Source: a bacterium (GTDB lineage Bacteria > Zhuqueibacterota > Zhuqueibacteria > Residuimicrobiales > Krinioviventaceae). Taken from it: 64,000 nt of DNA. This document shows positions 27,605 to 37,577 of this stretch, in pieces. The stretch lies in contig OY843751.1 of assembly GCA_963693055.1 (NCBI GenBank), positions 5,568,001 through 5,632,000 on the forward strand. Reading direction: 5' to 3'. Under the pieces are notes generated by a model. It searched no databases. It saw nothing but the letters and a program-made list of their open reading frames with translations, and was not told the origin of the DNA. The position numbers were made by a program, and so were the translations under genes. Each line of letters begins with the position of its first letter. The stretch's first letter is position 1.

Positions 27605-30496
27605 ATGAAAATCCTGTCAGTTGTTTTCACTGTTTCTCTTCTTTTTACTACCCTACTTATCTCTGCTGAAACTGTCACTTTTTATGTTTCCCCTTCCGGT
27701 AACAATTCATGGTCAGGGAGCATTGCATATCCTAACGCTGATCAATCAGACGGACCCTTTGCAACGCTGGAGCATGCACTGCAATCAGTAAAAGCACTTT
27801 CTCCCAATATCCGAAAAAATAAAATTACCCTAAAAATAAAACAGGGCAGATACGAGTTGTCTTCCCCTTTATTGTTTGAACCACAAGATTTCGGCAAACC
27901 ATTGGTTATTGAAGCATACTCCGGTGAGCACCCCGTCATTTCGGGAGGAAAACAAATAACCGGTTGGAAATTCAAGGGCAATAACCTGTGGCAGACAAAG
28001 GTTGAAACCGACATTCCCTTCCGTCAACTCTTTGTCAATGGTGAACGTCGATTCAGAGCGCGTACTCCCAATACCGGTCATTTTCTTATTGAAGAGAATC
28101 CGGGACTCGATCCCAAAGCCCGCTACAATACACCTGCACATTTGTTCCGCTATGCTGATGGAGATATGAGCGGGGACTGGGAAAATATAACGGACATTGA
28201 AGTGGTAGTTTTACATTTCTGGGTAGATACTCACCTGCCGGTAAAAAGCATTGATGACAATGAACGGATCGTTACATTCCAAAAATCGAGTCGAAGGAAA
28301 TTGACTGACGATTATAACAGCTCTGGTGCCCGATACTATATTGACAATGTTTACGAGGGTATGGACAGTCCCGGTGAATGGTACTGGGACCAAAAAACCG
28401 GTATCCTCTCCTACATTGCAATGCCCGGTGAAGACATTACCTCTGCCGAGGTTTATGTACCGCAATGCTCACAACTGCTAAGGCTAGAGGGAGATCCCTC
28501 TGCCAACAAATGGATTGAGAACATTCAGTTTAAAAACCTGACGTTTGAGCATACCGATTGGCAGCTCCCTGCTGACGATGCCGGAGATCTGCAAGCAGCT
28601 AACACAGTACCAGGTACAATCTATATGACCGGAGTGAGAAACATTCGTTTCGAAAACTCAATTATAAGACACACCGGCACCTATGGTATAGAACTGGCAG
28701 ATGGCTGCAGAGAAATACAAATTACCAACAATGAACTGGCTGACCTGGGTGCTGGCGGAATTCGTCTCTCCGGAGGAGATGCTAAAAGTGATTCACTCTT
28801 ACGAACCGGCAATATCACAATTACAAACAATCATCTGCATCACATGGGACAAATCTATCACAGCGGTGTGGGTATATTTTTACAAAATGCGGATAACAAT
28901 GTAATAGCACATAACCACATCCATCATTTGTACTATTCCGGAATTTCCGCGGGATGGGTTTGGGGATACACACCAAGCGTCAGTGTTAACAATCACATTG
29001 AATACAATCACATACACCACGTGGGACAAAAAATGCTTTCCGATATGGGCGGCGTTTATCTGCTAGGCATCTCTCCTGGCACAGTTGTACGTAATAATCG
29101 TATCCATGATGTGGATTCGTGGGGCTATGGCGGATGGGGATTGTACACGGACGAAGGCAGCACCGATATTGTTCTCGAGAACAATATTGTATACCGAACC
29201 AAAAGCGCCGGATTTCATCAGCATTATGGAAAAGAAAACATTATCCGTAATAATATTTTTGCTCTCGCACGCGAACAGCAAATACAACGTTCCCGTAACG
29301 AAGAGCACCTCAGCTTTACCTTTGAAAACAATATCGTTTACTGGTACGGAACCGACTTGTTGGGCAAAAACTGGAAAGAAAACAATTACCGGTTTAACAA
29401 TAACCATTATTATCGTCTCGATGGCAAACCGGTTACTTTTGCCGGAATGTCTTTTGATGACTGGAAAAAGAAAGGTCAGGACCTCAACTCGCAACTTGAG
29501 GATCCCCGGTTCACAAATCCGGATAAAGACGATTATGATCTGATGGTAGATTCTCCAGCAATCCGTAATGGCTTTTCACCCATAGACTTTTCCGCTATTG
29601 GCAACCGTAACTGGCCTGAACCGGTCAAAGAGATCCAATACCTCAGCAAAGCAGACAATAGCTATCAGCCTGCCATGTTTTATCAACCGGATTACGACTC
29701 TCCCCGTCCCTTGTTGGTTTGTTTGCATACCTGGTCCGGAGACTACACCCAGGATTCACAGGTCCCTCAGGCCCGCTGGTGCATTGAAAAAGGCTGGATA
29801 TTCATCCATCCCAACTTTCGCGGCCCCAACAATCGCCCCGAGGCAACCGGCTCGGATCTGATGATTCAGGATATTCTAAGCGCGGTTGATTTTGCCAAAG
29901 GCATTGCCAACGTAGATACCTCCCGCATCTATCTCTTGGGCAATTCAGGCGGCGGCCATGCATCTCTGCTCATGGCGGCAAAACATCCCGGAATCTGGAC
30001 GGCCGTCTCGGCCTGGGTACCCATATCAGACATAAAAGCCTGGTACTATGAAAGCCGGGACCTCGGAAATCGCTATGCGGACATGATTCTCAATTCCACC
30101 GGTGGTGAGCCTGGCACGAGCAAACAAGTAGATGAAGAATATAAAAATCGCTCCTCTCTGTTCTTTTTGCAAAATGCAAAAGGACTGCCGCTTGATATCA
30201 ATGCGGGTATTCACGACGGACACACGGGAAGTGTGCCGGTGAGTCATACACTCAATGCATTTAACGTACTGGCGGCAGATAATGATAAAATCGCGAAAGA
30301 GGACATTGATTATATTGTTGAAACCCAGGAATTACCAGATCACTTGAAAAACAAATGTAAAGCAGATATCTGGTATGGCGACAAAACCGTGCTGCTTCGT
30401 CGCCAAAGCGGTAATGCCCGCGTTACCCTTTTTGAAGGCGGACACGAAGGGCTTCCCTATCCAGCCATGAAATGGCTGGAACAGCAAAAGAAATAA
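27605..30496 (+). CDS. Secreted right-handed beta-helix protein fused to an alpha/beta hydrolase
   Basis: Signal peptide; FYVSPSGNN..DGPFATL and QLFVNG.R..RAR.PN; Asn-ladder repeats; C-terminal LHTWS, GNSGGGH, GIHDG, GGHE. Confidence 0.85.
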   Translation: MKILSVVFTVSLLFTTLLISAETVTFYVSPSGNNSWSGSIAYPNADQSDGPFATLEHALQSVKALSPNIRKNKITLKIKQGRYELSSPLLFEPQDFGKPLVIEAYSGEHPVISGGKQITGWKFKGNNLWQTKVETDIPFRQLFVNGERRFRARTPNTGHFLIEENPGLDPKARYNTPAHLFRYADGDMSGDWENITDIEVVVLHFWVDTHLPVKSIDDNERIVTFQKSSRRKLTDDYNSSGARYYIDNVYEGMDSPGEWYWDQKTGILSYIAMPGEDITSAEVYVPQCSQLLRLEGDPSANKWIENIQFKNLTFEHTDWQLPADDAGDLQAANTVPGTIYMTGVRNIRFENSIIRHTGTYGIELADGCREIQITNNELADLGAGGIRLSGGDAKSDSLLRTGNITITNNHLHHMGQIYHSGVGIFLQNADNNVIAHNHIHHLYYSGISAGWVWGYTPSVSVNNHIEYNHIHHVGQKMLSDMGGVYLLGISPGTVVRNNRIHDVDSWGYGGWGLYTDEGSTDIVLENNIVYRTKSAGFHQHYGKENIIRNNIFALAREQQIQRSRNEEHLSFTFENNIVYWYGTDLLGKNWKENNYRFNNNHYYRLDGKPVTFAGMSFDDWKKKGQDLNSQLEDPRFTNPDKDDYDLMVDSPAIRNGFSPIDFSAIGNRNWPEPVKEIQYLSKADNSYQPAMFYQPDYDSPRPLLVCLHTWSGDYTQDSQVPQARWCIEKGWIFIHPNFRGPNNRPEATGSDLMIQDILSAVDFAKGIANVDTSRIYLLGNSGGGHASLLMAAKHPGIWTAVSAWVPISDIKAWYYESRDLGNRYADMILNSTGGEPGTSKQVDEEYKNRSSLFFLQNAKGLPLDINAGIHDGHTGSVPVSHTLNAFNVLAADNDKIAKEDIDYIVETQELPDHLKNKCKADIWYGDKTVLLRRQSGNARVTLFEGGHEGLPYPAMKWLEQQKK

Positions 30497-30530
30497 TTCA
30501 TGATGTTTTGATAAAGCGTTGATGTAGGGA

Positions 30531-30881
30531 CCGGTTCCTGAGTTCGAGTGAGCACTTTACTCACGAGAGTATCGAAGGACCAGTCTGAAATATACCGTAA
30601 AAAAACATTTATTAACCACCCGCTTCGCTCGATGAACGCAGATAAACGCAGATGCTTTCTTAGATCGTGACGGTGATGATCACCTTCACGATCAGAAATA
30701 GCCTTTCCGTGTGTTCTGTGGTTCGTTTTTCTCCTTCCCGTTTTTCTTAGCGTTCTTGACGGCTTTGTGGTTCAACTTTTTTTAAATTGATGCAACAAAC
30801 CATAACTTAAATACTGATAACTGACAGCTTGAGCTCTTCGATACTCGTTTCGCCTAATGACAGACCGAACTCAGAAACCGG
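30531..30881. repeat. Composite intergenic repeat element bounded by inverted bipartite repeats
   Basis: CCGGTTYCTGAGTTCG-N19/20-GAGTATCGAAG at 30531-30577 and inverted at 30836-30881; other repeat modules lie inside. Confidence 0.7.
30663..30693. repeat. 31-bp GATC-tagged palindrome, variant copy
   Basis: GATCGTGACGGTGAT-G-ATCACCTTCACGATC: one compensatory pair change and one mismatch against the consensus. Confidence 0.85.
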
Positions 30882-30978
30882 CCTTTTTCTTGTATTTCGT
30901 TGGCTATTTTTATTTTGATTCTAAACTCGATTTATGTATTTTCCATCGGGTAGAGGAAATTAAAACATTGAGGGCAGT

Positions 30979-32625
30979 ATGAAAAAAATTCAGATATTTC
31001 TTGTTATACTATTCACCATTTGCGGAATGCTGTTTACCGCATGTTCACAGCAAACCAAATCCAATCATTATGATATAGTTATCTATGGCGGAACATCTTC
31101 CGGTGTTGTCGCAGCCATTCAGGCAAAGAAAATGGGCCATTCCGTAGCAATTGTGGGCCCGGACGTGCACCTGGGCGGTCTCACTTCCGGTGGACTCGGC
31201 TGGACCGATGGCGGTAACACCAGCGCAGTTGGCGGACTGGCACGTGAATTTTACCACCGTGTTTGGCAGCATTATGAGAAAGACAATGCCTGGGTATGGG
31301 AAAACATGCAGGACTTTGAAAACCAGGGTCAGGGCACTAAAGCCAAAAATGATGAGGAACAAACCATGTGGGTGTTTGAACCGCATGTGGCTGAAAAAGT
31401 TTACGATGAGTGGGTTAAAGCACTCAACATCCCGGTGTTCCGCAACGAGTGGCTCGATCGTGAAAACGGAGTAAAAACAAGCAATGGATCAATAAAAACC
31501 ATTACGATGCTCAGCGGAAAGACTTTAACTGCCAAGGTCTTTATAGACGCTACCTATGAAGGCGATCTCATGGCTGCCGCGGGTGTATCTTACCATGTGG
31601 GTCGTGAAGCCAACAGCGTATATGACGAGACCTGGAATGGTGTGCAGGTGGGTGTTTTGCACCACGGTCATCATTTCAAAAGCGACATTTCTCCTTACAA
31701 AGTCCCCGGTGATCCATCAAGTGGTGTATTGTCACGTATTTCCACAGAACCTCCGGGCGAAAAAGGCCAGGGCGACCATCGTCTCCAGGCATACTGCTAT
31801 CGCATGTGTTTAACCACTGTTGAGAAAAACCGGGTGCCCTTCCCAAAACCCAAAAATTACGATCCCGCAGAATATGAACTGCTGGTACGAATTTATGAAT
31901 CCGGTTGGCGCGAAACCTTTAACAAATTCGACATGATCCCCAATCTCAAAACCGATACCAACAACCACGGCCCCTTTAGCACAGACAATATCGGCATGAA
32001 TTATGACTATCCCGAAGCGAGCTATGACCGCCGCAAAGAAATATTAAAGGAACATGAGAACTATCAAAAAGGCTGGCTCTATTTCATCGCTAATGATCCG
32101 AGAATTCCGCAAGAGGTCCAACAGAAAATGCAAAAATGGGGACTCGCCAAAGACGAGTTTGTGGACAATGGCAACTGGCCGCACCAGATCTATGTGCGCG
32201 AAGCCCGCCGCATGATTGGCGAACATGTTATGACTGAGCATGATGTGCTCGGTAAACGTACCGTTGAAAAACCCGTGGGCATGGGCTCGTACACGCTGGA
32301 CTCGCACAATGCGCAGCGTTATATCAAGCCGGACGGATTTGTGCAAAACGAAGGTGATATTGGTGTACATGTTCCGGGTCCCTACCGAATCAGTTATAAC
32401 AGTATTATCCCCAAAAAGCAGGAATGCACCAATCTGCTGGTACCGGTCTGTGTATCCGCATCACATATTGCATTCGGGTCCATCCGCATGGAACCGGTAT
32501 TTATGATATTGGGTCAGTCAGCAGCAACTGCGGCATCTTTTGCTATCGAAAACAATACAGCAGTTCAAGATGTGAATTATGAGCAGTTAAAAGCCAGATT
32601 GGTTACAGATAAACAGAGGTTTTAG
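30979..32625 (+). CDS. FAD-dependent oxidoreductase (FAD_oxidored family) lipoprotein
   Basis: Lipobox FTAC; DIVIYGGTSSG, LGGLTSGGLG, IDATYEGDL, YVREARR, SIRMEP. Confidence 0.9.
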   Translation: MKKIQIFLVILFTICGMLFTACSQQTKSNHYDIVIYGGTSSGVVAAIQAKKMGHSVAIVGPDVHLGGLTSGGLGWTDGGNTSAVGGLAREFYHRVWQHYEKDNAWVWENMQDFENQGQGTKAKNDEEQTMWVFEPHVAEKVYDEWVKALNIPVFRNEWLDRENGVKTSNGSIKTITMLSGKTLTAKVFIDATYEGDLMAAAGVSYHVGREANSVYDETWNGVQVGVLHHGHHFKSDISPYKVPGDPSSGVLSRISTEPPGEKGQGDHRLQAYCYRMCLTTVEKNRVPFPKPKNYDPAEYELLVRIYESGWRETFNKFDMIPNLKTDTNNHGPFSTDNIGMNYDYPEASYDRRKEILKEHENYQKGWLYFIANDPRIPQEVQQKMQKWGLAKDEFVDNGNWPHQIYVREARRMIGEHVMTEHDVLGKRTVEKPVGMGSYTLDSHNAQRYIKPDGFVQNEGDIGVHVPGPYRISYNSIIPKKQECTNLLVPVCVSASHIAFGSIRMEPVFMILGQSAATAASFAIENNTAVQDVNYEQLKARLVTDKQRF

Positions 32626-32661
32626 ATTCAAACAAATTCTTACAAACTAAACAGCCAACAA

Positions 32662-32692
32662 GATCGTGACGGAGATGATCTCCGTCACGATC
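32662..32692. repeat. 31-bp GATC-tagged palindrome, perfect copy between convergent genes
   Basis: GATCGTGACGGAGAT-G-ATCTCCGTCACGATC. Confidence 0.9.
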
Positions 32693-32714
32693 ATAATATC
32701 TGTACATGCGAATC

Positions 32715-34106
32715 TTAACGCAACAGGGTGATTTTTTGAGTTTTTACTACATTGTCTGCTTCCAGTACCAGAAAATAAACACCACTTGCAACCGGACTAC
32801 CATAAGCATCCTGGCCATGCCAATGCAATGAATATACTCCTGCATTCTTTTCATCGTGAACCAGTGTTTTTATGATTTGCCCCTCTAAATTTATTATGTA
32901 GCAATCTATGAACGATCTTTCTGCCAATTCATATTTGATTACCGTAGAGCTGTTAAAAGGATTGGGGTAATTCTGTTCCAGTTTAAAAGATGCGGGTACA
33001 ACAGGATTCACTGTGATTATGTTTGAATATTTGTAACTCGCGTCATAATCGACCTGCTTTAGCCTGTAATATACCGGGCCATCATTAGCGGTATAGTCAT
33101 CTAAAAAGCTGTAATTGTGTTGTTCTATAGTGGTGCCACTCCCCGTAACAAAGCCGACCTCCTGCCAATCTCCCAGGGCTTTTCGCTCAACGTAAAATCC
33201 ATAATTATTGGTTTCGGATTCCGTCCACCAGGACAAAAAGATCTTTTTATCGTTTTGCTGTGCTGTAAACAAACTCATTTCTACCGGCACAGATGAATTT
33301 TCAAAACTAGAACGCATTACCACATCATCCAAAACAAAGAGGTCACCATCCTCATTCGTTCCAGGGGGAGAACCAAATACTGAAAACATGGTAAATGTGC
33401 CTGTGACTCTGGGATCAGGATCAACTGCCTCAATAAACCATGCTCCAGGTTCATCAGCTTCTTCACCCTGCCATATTTTGAATTTCAGGTCACCCTCATT
33501 CAAATACCATTTGATCCAATAATATTCATCCAGATTAAAATCAAAGAATGCTTCTTTTTCAAAATATGTCCAGGAATTGGGTGCAAAAAGCGCCATAGAG
33601 CCACTATACTTGACCATTGATATATAATCTTCAAGTGGGCTAATATATATTGCATAAGCAGGTGCTTCGGTCGGGTCTGAATCACCTCGCCTGGTATCAA
33701 TGGGCATTCTCGTTGCAATTTCAAACAAAGATGTTGTAAATGATTCAAATTTCACTTTAACAGTCAATATCTGGTTGGGACTGCTCCAGGAATTTTCAAG
33801 TAATAACGGTACAGTGGCATGATCAGGATCACCATCACCATCAAGTGTAACCAGTGGTACTCCATTGGTTTCTACCAAACCCATTCCAACCAATCCACCA
33901 TAGGAGCCTGCTTCAACAACAAGTTCACCGTTTACCTGACCAACAAACTGTCTTTGTATATCTCTTTCCGGATAATAAATCCAACCCACATTCTTTAATG
34001 CCTCGAAATCATCATCTTCAAAGTGGTCTTCCCAAAGTATAGGATAATTTTGTGCTGATGCTTGTATTACAATAAAACAAAAGACTACCACTAATTTCAA
34101 CTTCAT
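32715..34106 (-). CDS. Secreted protein with C-terminal FlgD-Ig / T9SS-sorting-like domain
   Basis: Signal peptide; PVEMSLF...W.TESETNNYGF.VER module; LEQNYPNPFN...VASGVYF...KITLLR tail. Start taken at ATG 34106. Confidence 0.85.
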   Translation of the reverse strand: MKLKLVVVFCFIVIQASAQNYPILWEDHFEDDDFEALKNVGWIYYPERDIQRQFVGQVNGELVVEAGSYGGLVGMGLVETNGVPLVTLDGDGDPDHATVPLLLENSWSSPNQILTVKVKFESFTTSLFEIATRMPIDTRRGDSDPTEAPAYAIYISPLEDYISMVKYSGSMALFAPNSWTYFEKEAFFDFNLDEYYWIKWYLNEGDLKFKIWQGEEADEPGAWFIEAVDPDPRVTGTFTMFSVFGSPPGTNEDGDLFVLDDVVMRSSFENSSVPVEMSLFTAQQNDKKIFLSWWTESETNNYGFYVERKALGDWQEVGFVTGSGTTIEQHNYSFLDDYTANDGPVYYRLKQVDYDASYKYSNIITVNPVVPASFKLEQNYPNPFNSSTVIKYELAERSFIDCYIINLEGQIIKTLVHDEKNAGVYSLHWHGQDAYGSPVASGVYFLVLEADNVVKTQKITLLR

Positions 34107-34306
34107 AATCGCTCCCACCATGTTCTATTCGGGATGTATTCTTGATAATACCATTAATGAAATGGAATACACTCCCGGTTGTCTTGAAAAAGTAGTTAAT
34201 TTTGGCTTGATGTACGACCCAAGCCCCCAAATTATATATTCATAATAACTTGAATAAACAATATATGCAATCTTTTTTAAAGCACTGACTACAATTTTTT
34301 ACTCTT

Positions 34307-34483
34307 TTACCTTAAAGACTTTATAAAAAACGCCGCTACCCGCGGGACCTGTTCACTCCAACCCTTACCGCCGTGGCCCATTCCATCAAGTAGAACCAGT
34401 TCTGCACGCAAATCCTTTGCCTTGAGCGCGTCATACAGCAATATGCTTTGCTGATGGATCCACAGGAATGTTTTCCATATCAT
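34307..34483 (-). pseudogene. C-terminal remnant of an alpha/beta hydrolase (esterase-like)
   Basis: 58-codon ORF reading ...HQQSILLYDALKAKDLRAELVLLDGMGHGGKGWSEQVPRVAAFF; it has the His-motif region only. Confidence 0.6.
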
Positions 34484-34512
34484 CCCTGGTTTTCTCTTCC
34501 TAGACGATTACA

Positions 34513-35757
34513 CTACTCCTTTATCCGATAGACATGCGTTGATGTACGCAATATCAATGACTTTTCTACAGCAGCAGCCGATGCGTAAAAACCATCATCC
34601 AGTTGGTTCTCCGCTAAAATCTCGAGCTTTTTTCCGGTCTTGACAACCGTGCACAATCCTCTTTTGCTGAAAAAATAGACCTTGTCCTGATTGAGTAACA
34701 AAGACGCGCCATACTTGCCCGAGAGTCGATGCTCCCAGAACATATCTCCCGTTGTAGCATCCAGACAGGCAGCTTCTCCCCTGTCATTTACAACATACAA
34801 GAGTCCATCTTTAACCACCGGAGATGCTTCGTTCGAGATGTGCTGATCGGTTTTCCATTTTACATGGGTATCGGTTACATTACCACTACCGTCCACCGCA
34901 ACAGCCCAAAGACTGGGAGTCCGGGAATGATACCCGCCATTCACATAAACCAGTCCGTTCCAGAATACCGGAGACGGTACCGGCGAATCTCCCGCCAGCA
35001 CAACATACCAGTACACATCACCCGTAACGGGATTCAGGGACTGCACCACTTGTCCCGCAACACTGATCAACTGGGTTTTACCCTTCCAATTGATAATCAA
35101 CGGTGTGGTGTATCCTTTTCGCCAAACAGGGCGTACATCTTTGTAATATTCCTGGGGACGTTCAGTCTTCCAAACCACTTTGCCGGTGTTTTTATCCATA
35201 GCTGTAATATATTGCACATCCGTACCATCCATATGCACAATCAGTAGATTTTTATAAATAATTGGAGATGCTGAGGGTCCCTGCATATGCTCAATTTTCA
35301 GTCCTCGCTGCTCCCAAATCTTTTTACCGGTCTGCGTATCCAGACAGGCCGTTCCAAAAGTGCCAAAATGCACATATACTCTGCCCGGTTCAATGGTGGC
35401 AGAAGGTGTAGCATAGCTATTCAGCTTGTGGATACCTTGCGGATCCGTATTGGTAAACACCAGAATGTCATGCACAACCTTGCCAGTCTCAAGATCAAGA
35501 CAAATCGCATACATTTTTTCACCGGTAGTTGTTGCAGTGGTAAACCAGACCTGGTTATTCAAGATCACCGGAGTAGAATACCCCAGATCATGAATGGCGG
35601 TTTTCCATTTTACATTTTGACTCTCGCTCCATTCATAGGGCAACCCTTGCAGATCAACCACACCCTCACCACCGGGACCTCTAAACTGCGGCCATTGTTC
35701 CTGTGCAAATAGTATATGACTCAATGCTATCACCAAAACCAGTACTACTCTTTTCAT
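34513..35757 (-). CDS. PQQ-like (BamB-type) beta-propeller repeat protein
   Basis: Signal peptide; WPQFRGP, repeated CLD..TGK..W blades and S.P motifs. Confidence 0.9.
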   Translation of the reverse strand: MKRVVLVLVIALSHILFAQEQWPQFRGPGGEGVVDLQGLPYEWSESQNVKWKTAIHDLGYSTPVILNNQVWFTTATTTGEKMYAICLDLETGKVVHDILVFTNTDPQGIHKLNSYATPSATIEPGRVYVHFGTFGTACLDTQTGKKIWEQRGLKIEHMQGPSASPIIYKNLLIVHMDGTDVQYITAMDKNTGKVVWKTERPQEYYKDVRPVWRKGYTTPLIINWKGKTQLISVAGQVVQSLNPVTGDVYWYVVLAGDSPVPSPVFWNGLVYVNGGYHSRTPSLWAVAVDGSGNVTDTHVKWKTDQHISNEASPVVKDGLLYVVNDRGEAACLDATTGDMFWEHRLSGKYGASLLLNQDKVYFFSKRGLCTVVKTGKKLEILAENQLDDGFYASAAAVEKSLILRTSTHVYRIKE

Positions 35758-35847
35758 TTCAACTCCTTAAAATAACCAACCTCTGAATTCGATGGGACAA
35801 TATAAAATCAATCTGTAAAAATTCATGTCATCCGTTTTATTCGTGTT

Positions 35848-37290
35848 CTATACTTTTTTATAATCTTTTCCGTTCAGGCTGTTCACAACCGAGACCAGCC
35901 ACGCATCCAATCCTGCAAGCATGGATTTTGTTTTCTCCGGTTCTGATACAGTCAGGTCTTTTTCTTCCATGGGATCCGCTTCCAGGTTGTACAGCTCTAA
36001 CGTGATATTTTTATCCTGCTCAATCCGGTGCAGCTTCCAGGGCCAGTCCAGCCAGGCCGAGTGTCCCGGAAAACTGTCTTTTGGATACTGCTGTTTGATC
36101 ACTGCTGCATCCGAATGGATTCTCGAGGGCTCTTTACAATCCCCTCCCGCCTGCTGAGCTTCCAGCATTTCTTTCATCCATACCTTACTGGGCGTACTGA
36201 TACCGCGGGTGGGATGCGACCAGAACCCCATGGGCTTGGGGCGCTTGTCCATACTCCTGTCAATGATTCCGGTAAGGCTTACTCCATCCAGTTTCGGTTG
36301 ATTGGGCATTGTTACACCCACAATATCCAGCAATGTAGGATAAATATCTGCAGTGTTGCAAGGTACATTGGTCACCCGATGCGCTTTGATCTTTGCGGGC
36401 CACTCTAAAATAGCCGGCACCCTCAGTCCGCCTTCATATATACTTCCTTTGAATTCCCGTCCCCCGGTCACTGCCAGGCCCGGCAATCCGCCGTTATCAC
36501 TGCAATACCAAAGGATCGTATTATCGGCAATACCCAGAGATTTTAATCTGTTACGAAGTTTGCCGAACGCCCGGTCCATGCCGGTAATTTCGCCGTAAAA
36601 ATCTTTATATTTTTCTTCGGAATTTGCATAGAGCAACCGGTCCTGCTCGATTGCCTGATGGGGATTATGTGGAGAGCCGAACCACACCACTGCCAGAAAG
36701 GGATGGGGCTGGTTTGCATGTTTTTCTATAAATTCAATAGCCGCGTCTGCCGTTACCATAGAGCTTTCGCCATGGGTTTGAACGGCGGTACCTTCACGGC
36801 TCAAGATGGGATCGTTATCGAAAAAATTGGGGGCGGACAACCACTCGTCAAATCCGCTTGCTCCGGGACTTACGGGACTGTTTTTGCACACAGACCCCAG
36901 GTGCCATTTACCAAAATGCCCGGTTACATAGCCCGCCTGCTTTAGTGCTTCAGCAATAGTAATCTCTTGCGGCCGTAAGGTATGACCCCATTTGAAACAA
37001 CCAAACCGATTGGGATGCCGTCCGGTCATGACACTGCCGCGTGTGGGCGAGCACACCGGCGCTGCGGCATAAAAATGATCAAAACGTAAATTCTCTGCCG
37101 CCATGGCGTCAAAGTTTGGCGTTTTCAACTCGGGGTGCCCATAATAGCCCATATCTCCCCAGCCCTGGTCATCCGCCATACATAACACAATATTGGGTTT
37201 ATTCTGAGATGCTTTAGACGCGCACATGCTGTTCAATACCAGGTAACCTGCGCCCGCGCTCATGGATTTGAGAAATGCTCTGCGTTTCAT
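35848..37290 (-). CDS. Tat-exported Cys-type (formylglycine) sulfatase
   Basis: MKRRAFLK Tat motif, PNIVLCMADDQG, CSPTRGS, GKWHLG, SDNG, ELYNL..DP.E. Confidence 0.94.
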   Translation of the reverse strand: MKRRAFLKSMSAGAGYLVLNSMCASKASQNKPNIVLCMADDQGWGDMGYYGHPELKTPNFDAMAAENLRFDHFYAAAPVCSPTRGSVMTGRHPNRFGCFKWGHTLRPQEITIAEALKQAGYVTGHFGKWHLGSVCKNSPVSPGASGFDEWLSAPNFFDNDPILSREGTAVQTHGESSMVTADAAIEFIEKHANQPHPFLAVVWFGSPHNPHQAIEQDRLLYANSEEKYKDFYGEITGMDRAFGKLRNRLKSLGIADNTILWYCSDNGGLPGLAVTGGREFKGSIYEGGLRVPAILEWPAKIKAHRVTNVPCNTADIYPTLLDIVGVTMPNQPKLDGVSLTGIIDRSMDKRPKPMGFWSHPTRGISTPSKVWMKEMLEAQQAGGDCKEPSRIHSDAAVIKQQYPKDSFPGHSAWLDWPWKLHRIEQDKNITLELYNLEADPMEEKDLTVSEPEKTKSMLAGLDAWLVSVVNSLNGKDYKKV

Positions 37291-37441
37291 GGACCAACCT
37301 CCCGAATTTTTGTTTACTAAGATAAGCCACGGGAGGAAAAGATCAAATGATTTTTTTTGAGGGTATAGAGTGAAGCATTAATTCAACATAGGATACAGCA
37401 CTATTTAGACAGTTAAGCCTTTTAATACAAATAGAAAAAAA

Positions 37442-37481
37442 CGTGATGGAGATGATATTGCCTACCAATATTATCACCTTC
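37442..37481. repeat. Centre-expanded variant of the GATC palindrome
   Basis: CGTGATGGAGATGAT left arm, self-complementary insert ATTG-CCTAC-CAAT, right arm ATCACCTTC as in the 30663 copy. Confidence 0.5.
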
Positions 37482-37528
37482 TATGTTCAATAAATATGAA
37501 ACAAGCCAGACCTATGTAGACAAAAAAA

Positions 37529-37559
37529 GATCGTGACGGAGATGATCTCCGTCACGATC
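37529..37559. repeat. 31-bp GATC-tagged palindrome, perfect copy
   Basis: GATCGTGACGGAGAT-G-ATCTCCGTCACGATC, 10 bp from the IS256 target duplication. Confidence 0.9.
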
Positions 37560-37577
37560 GTAACAGAGAATAAATTA

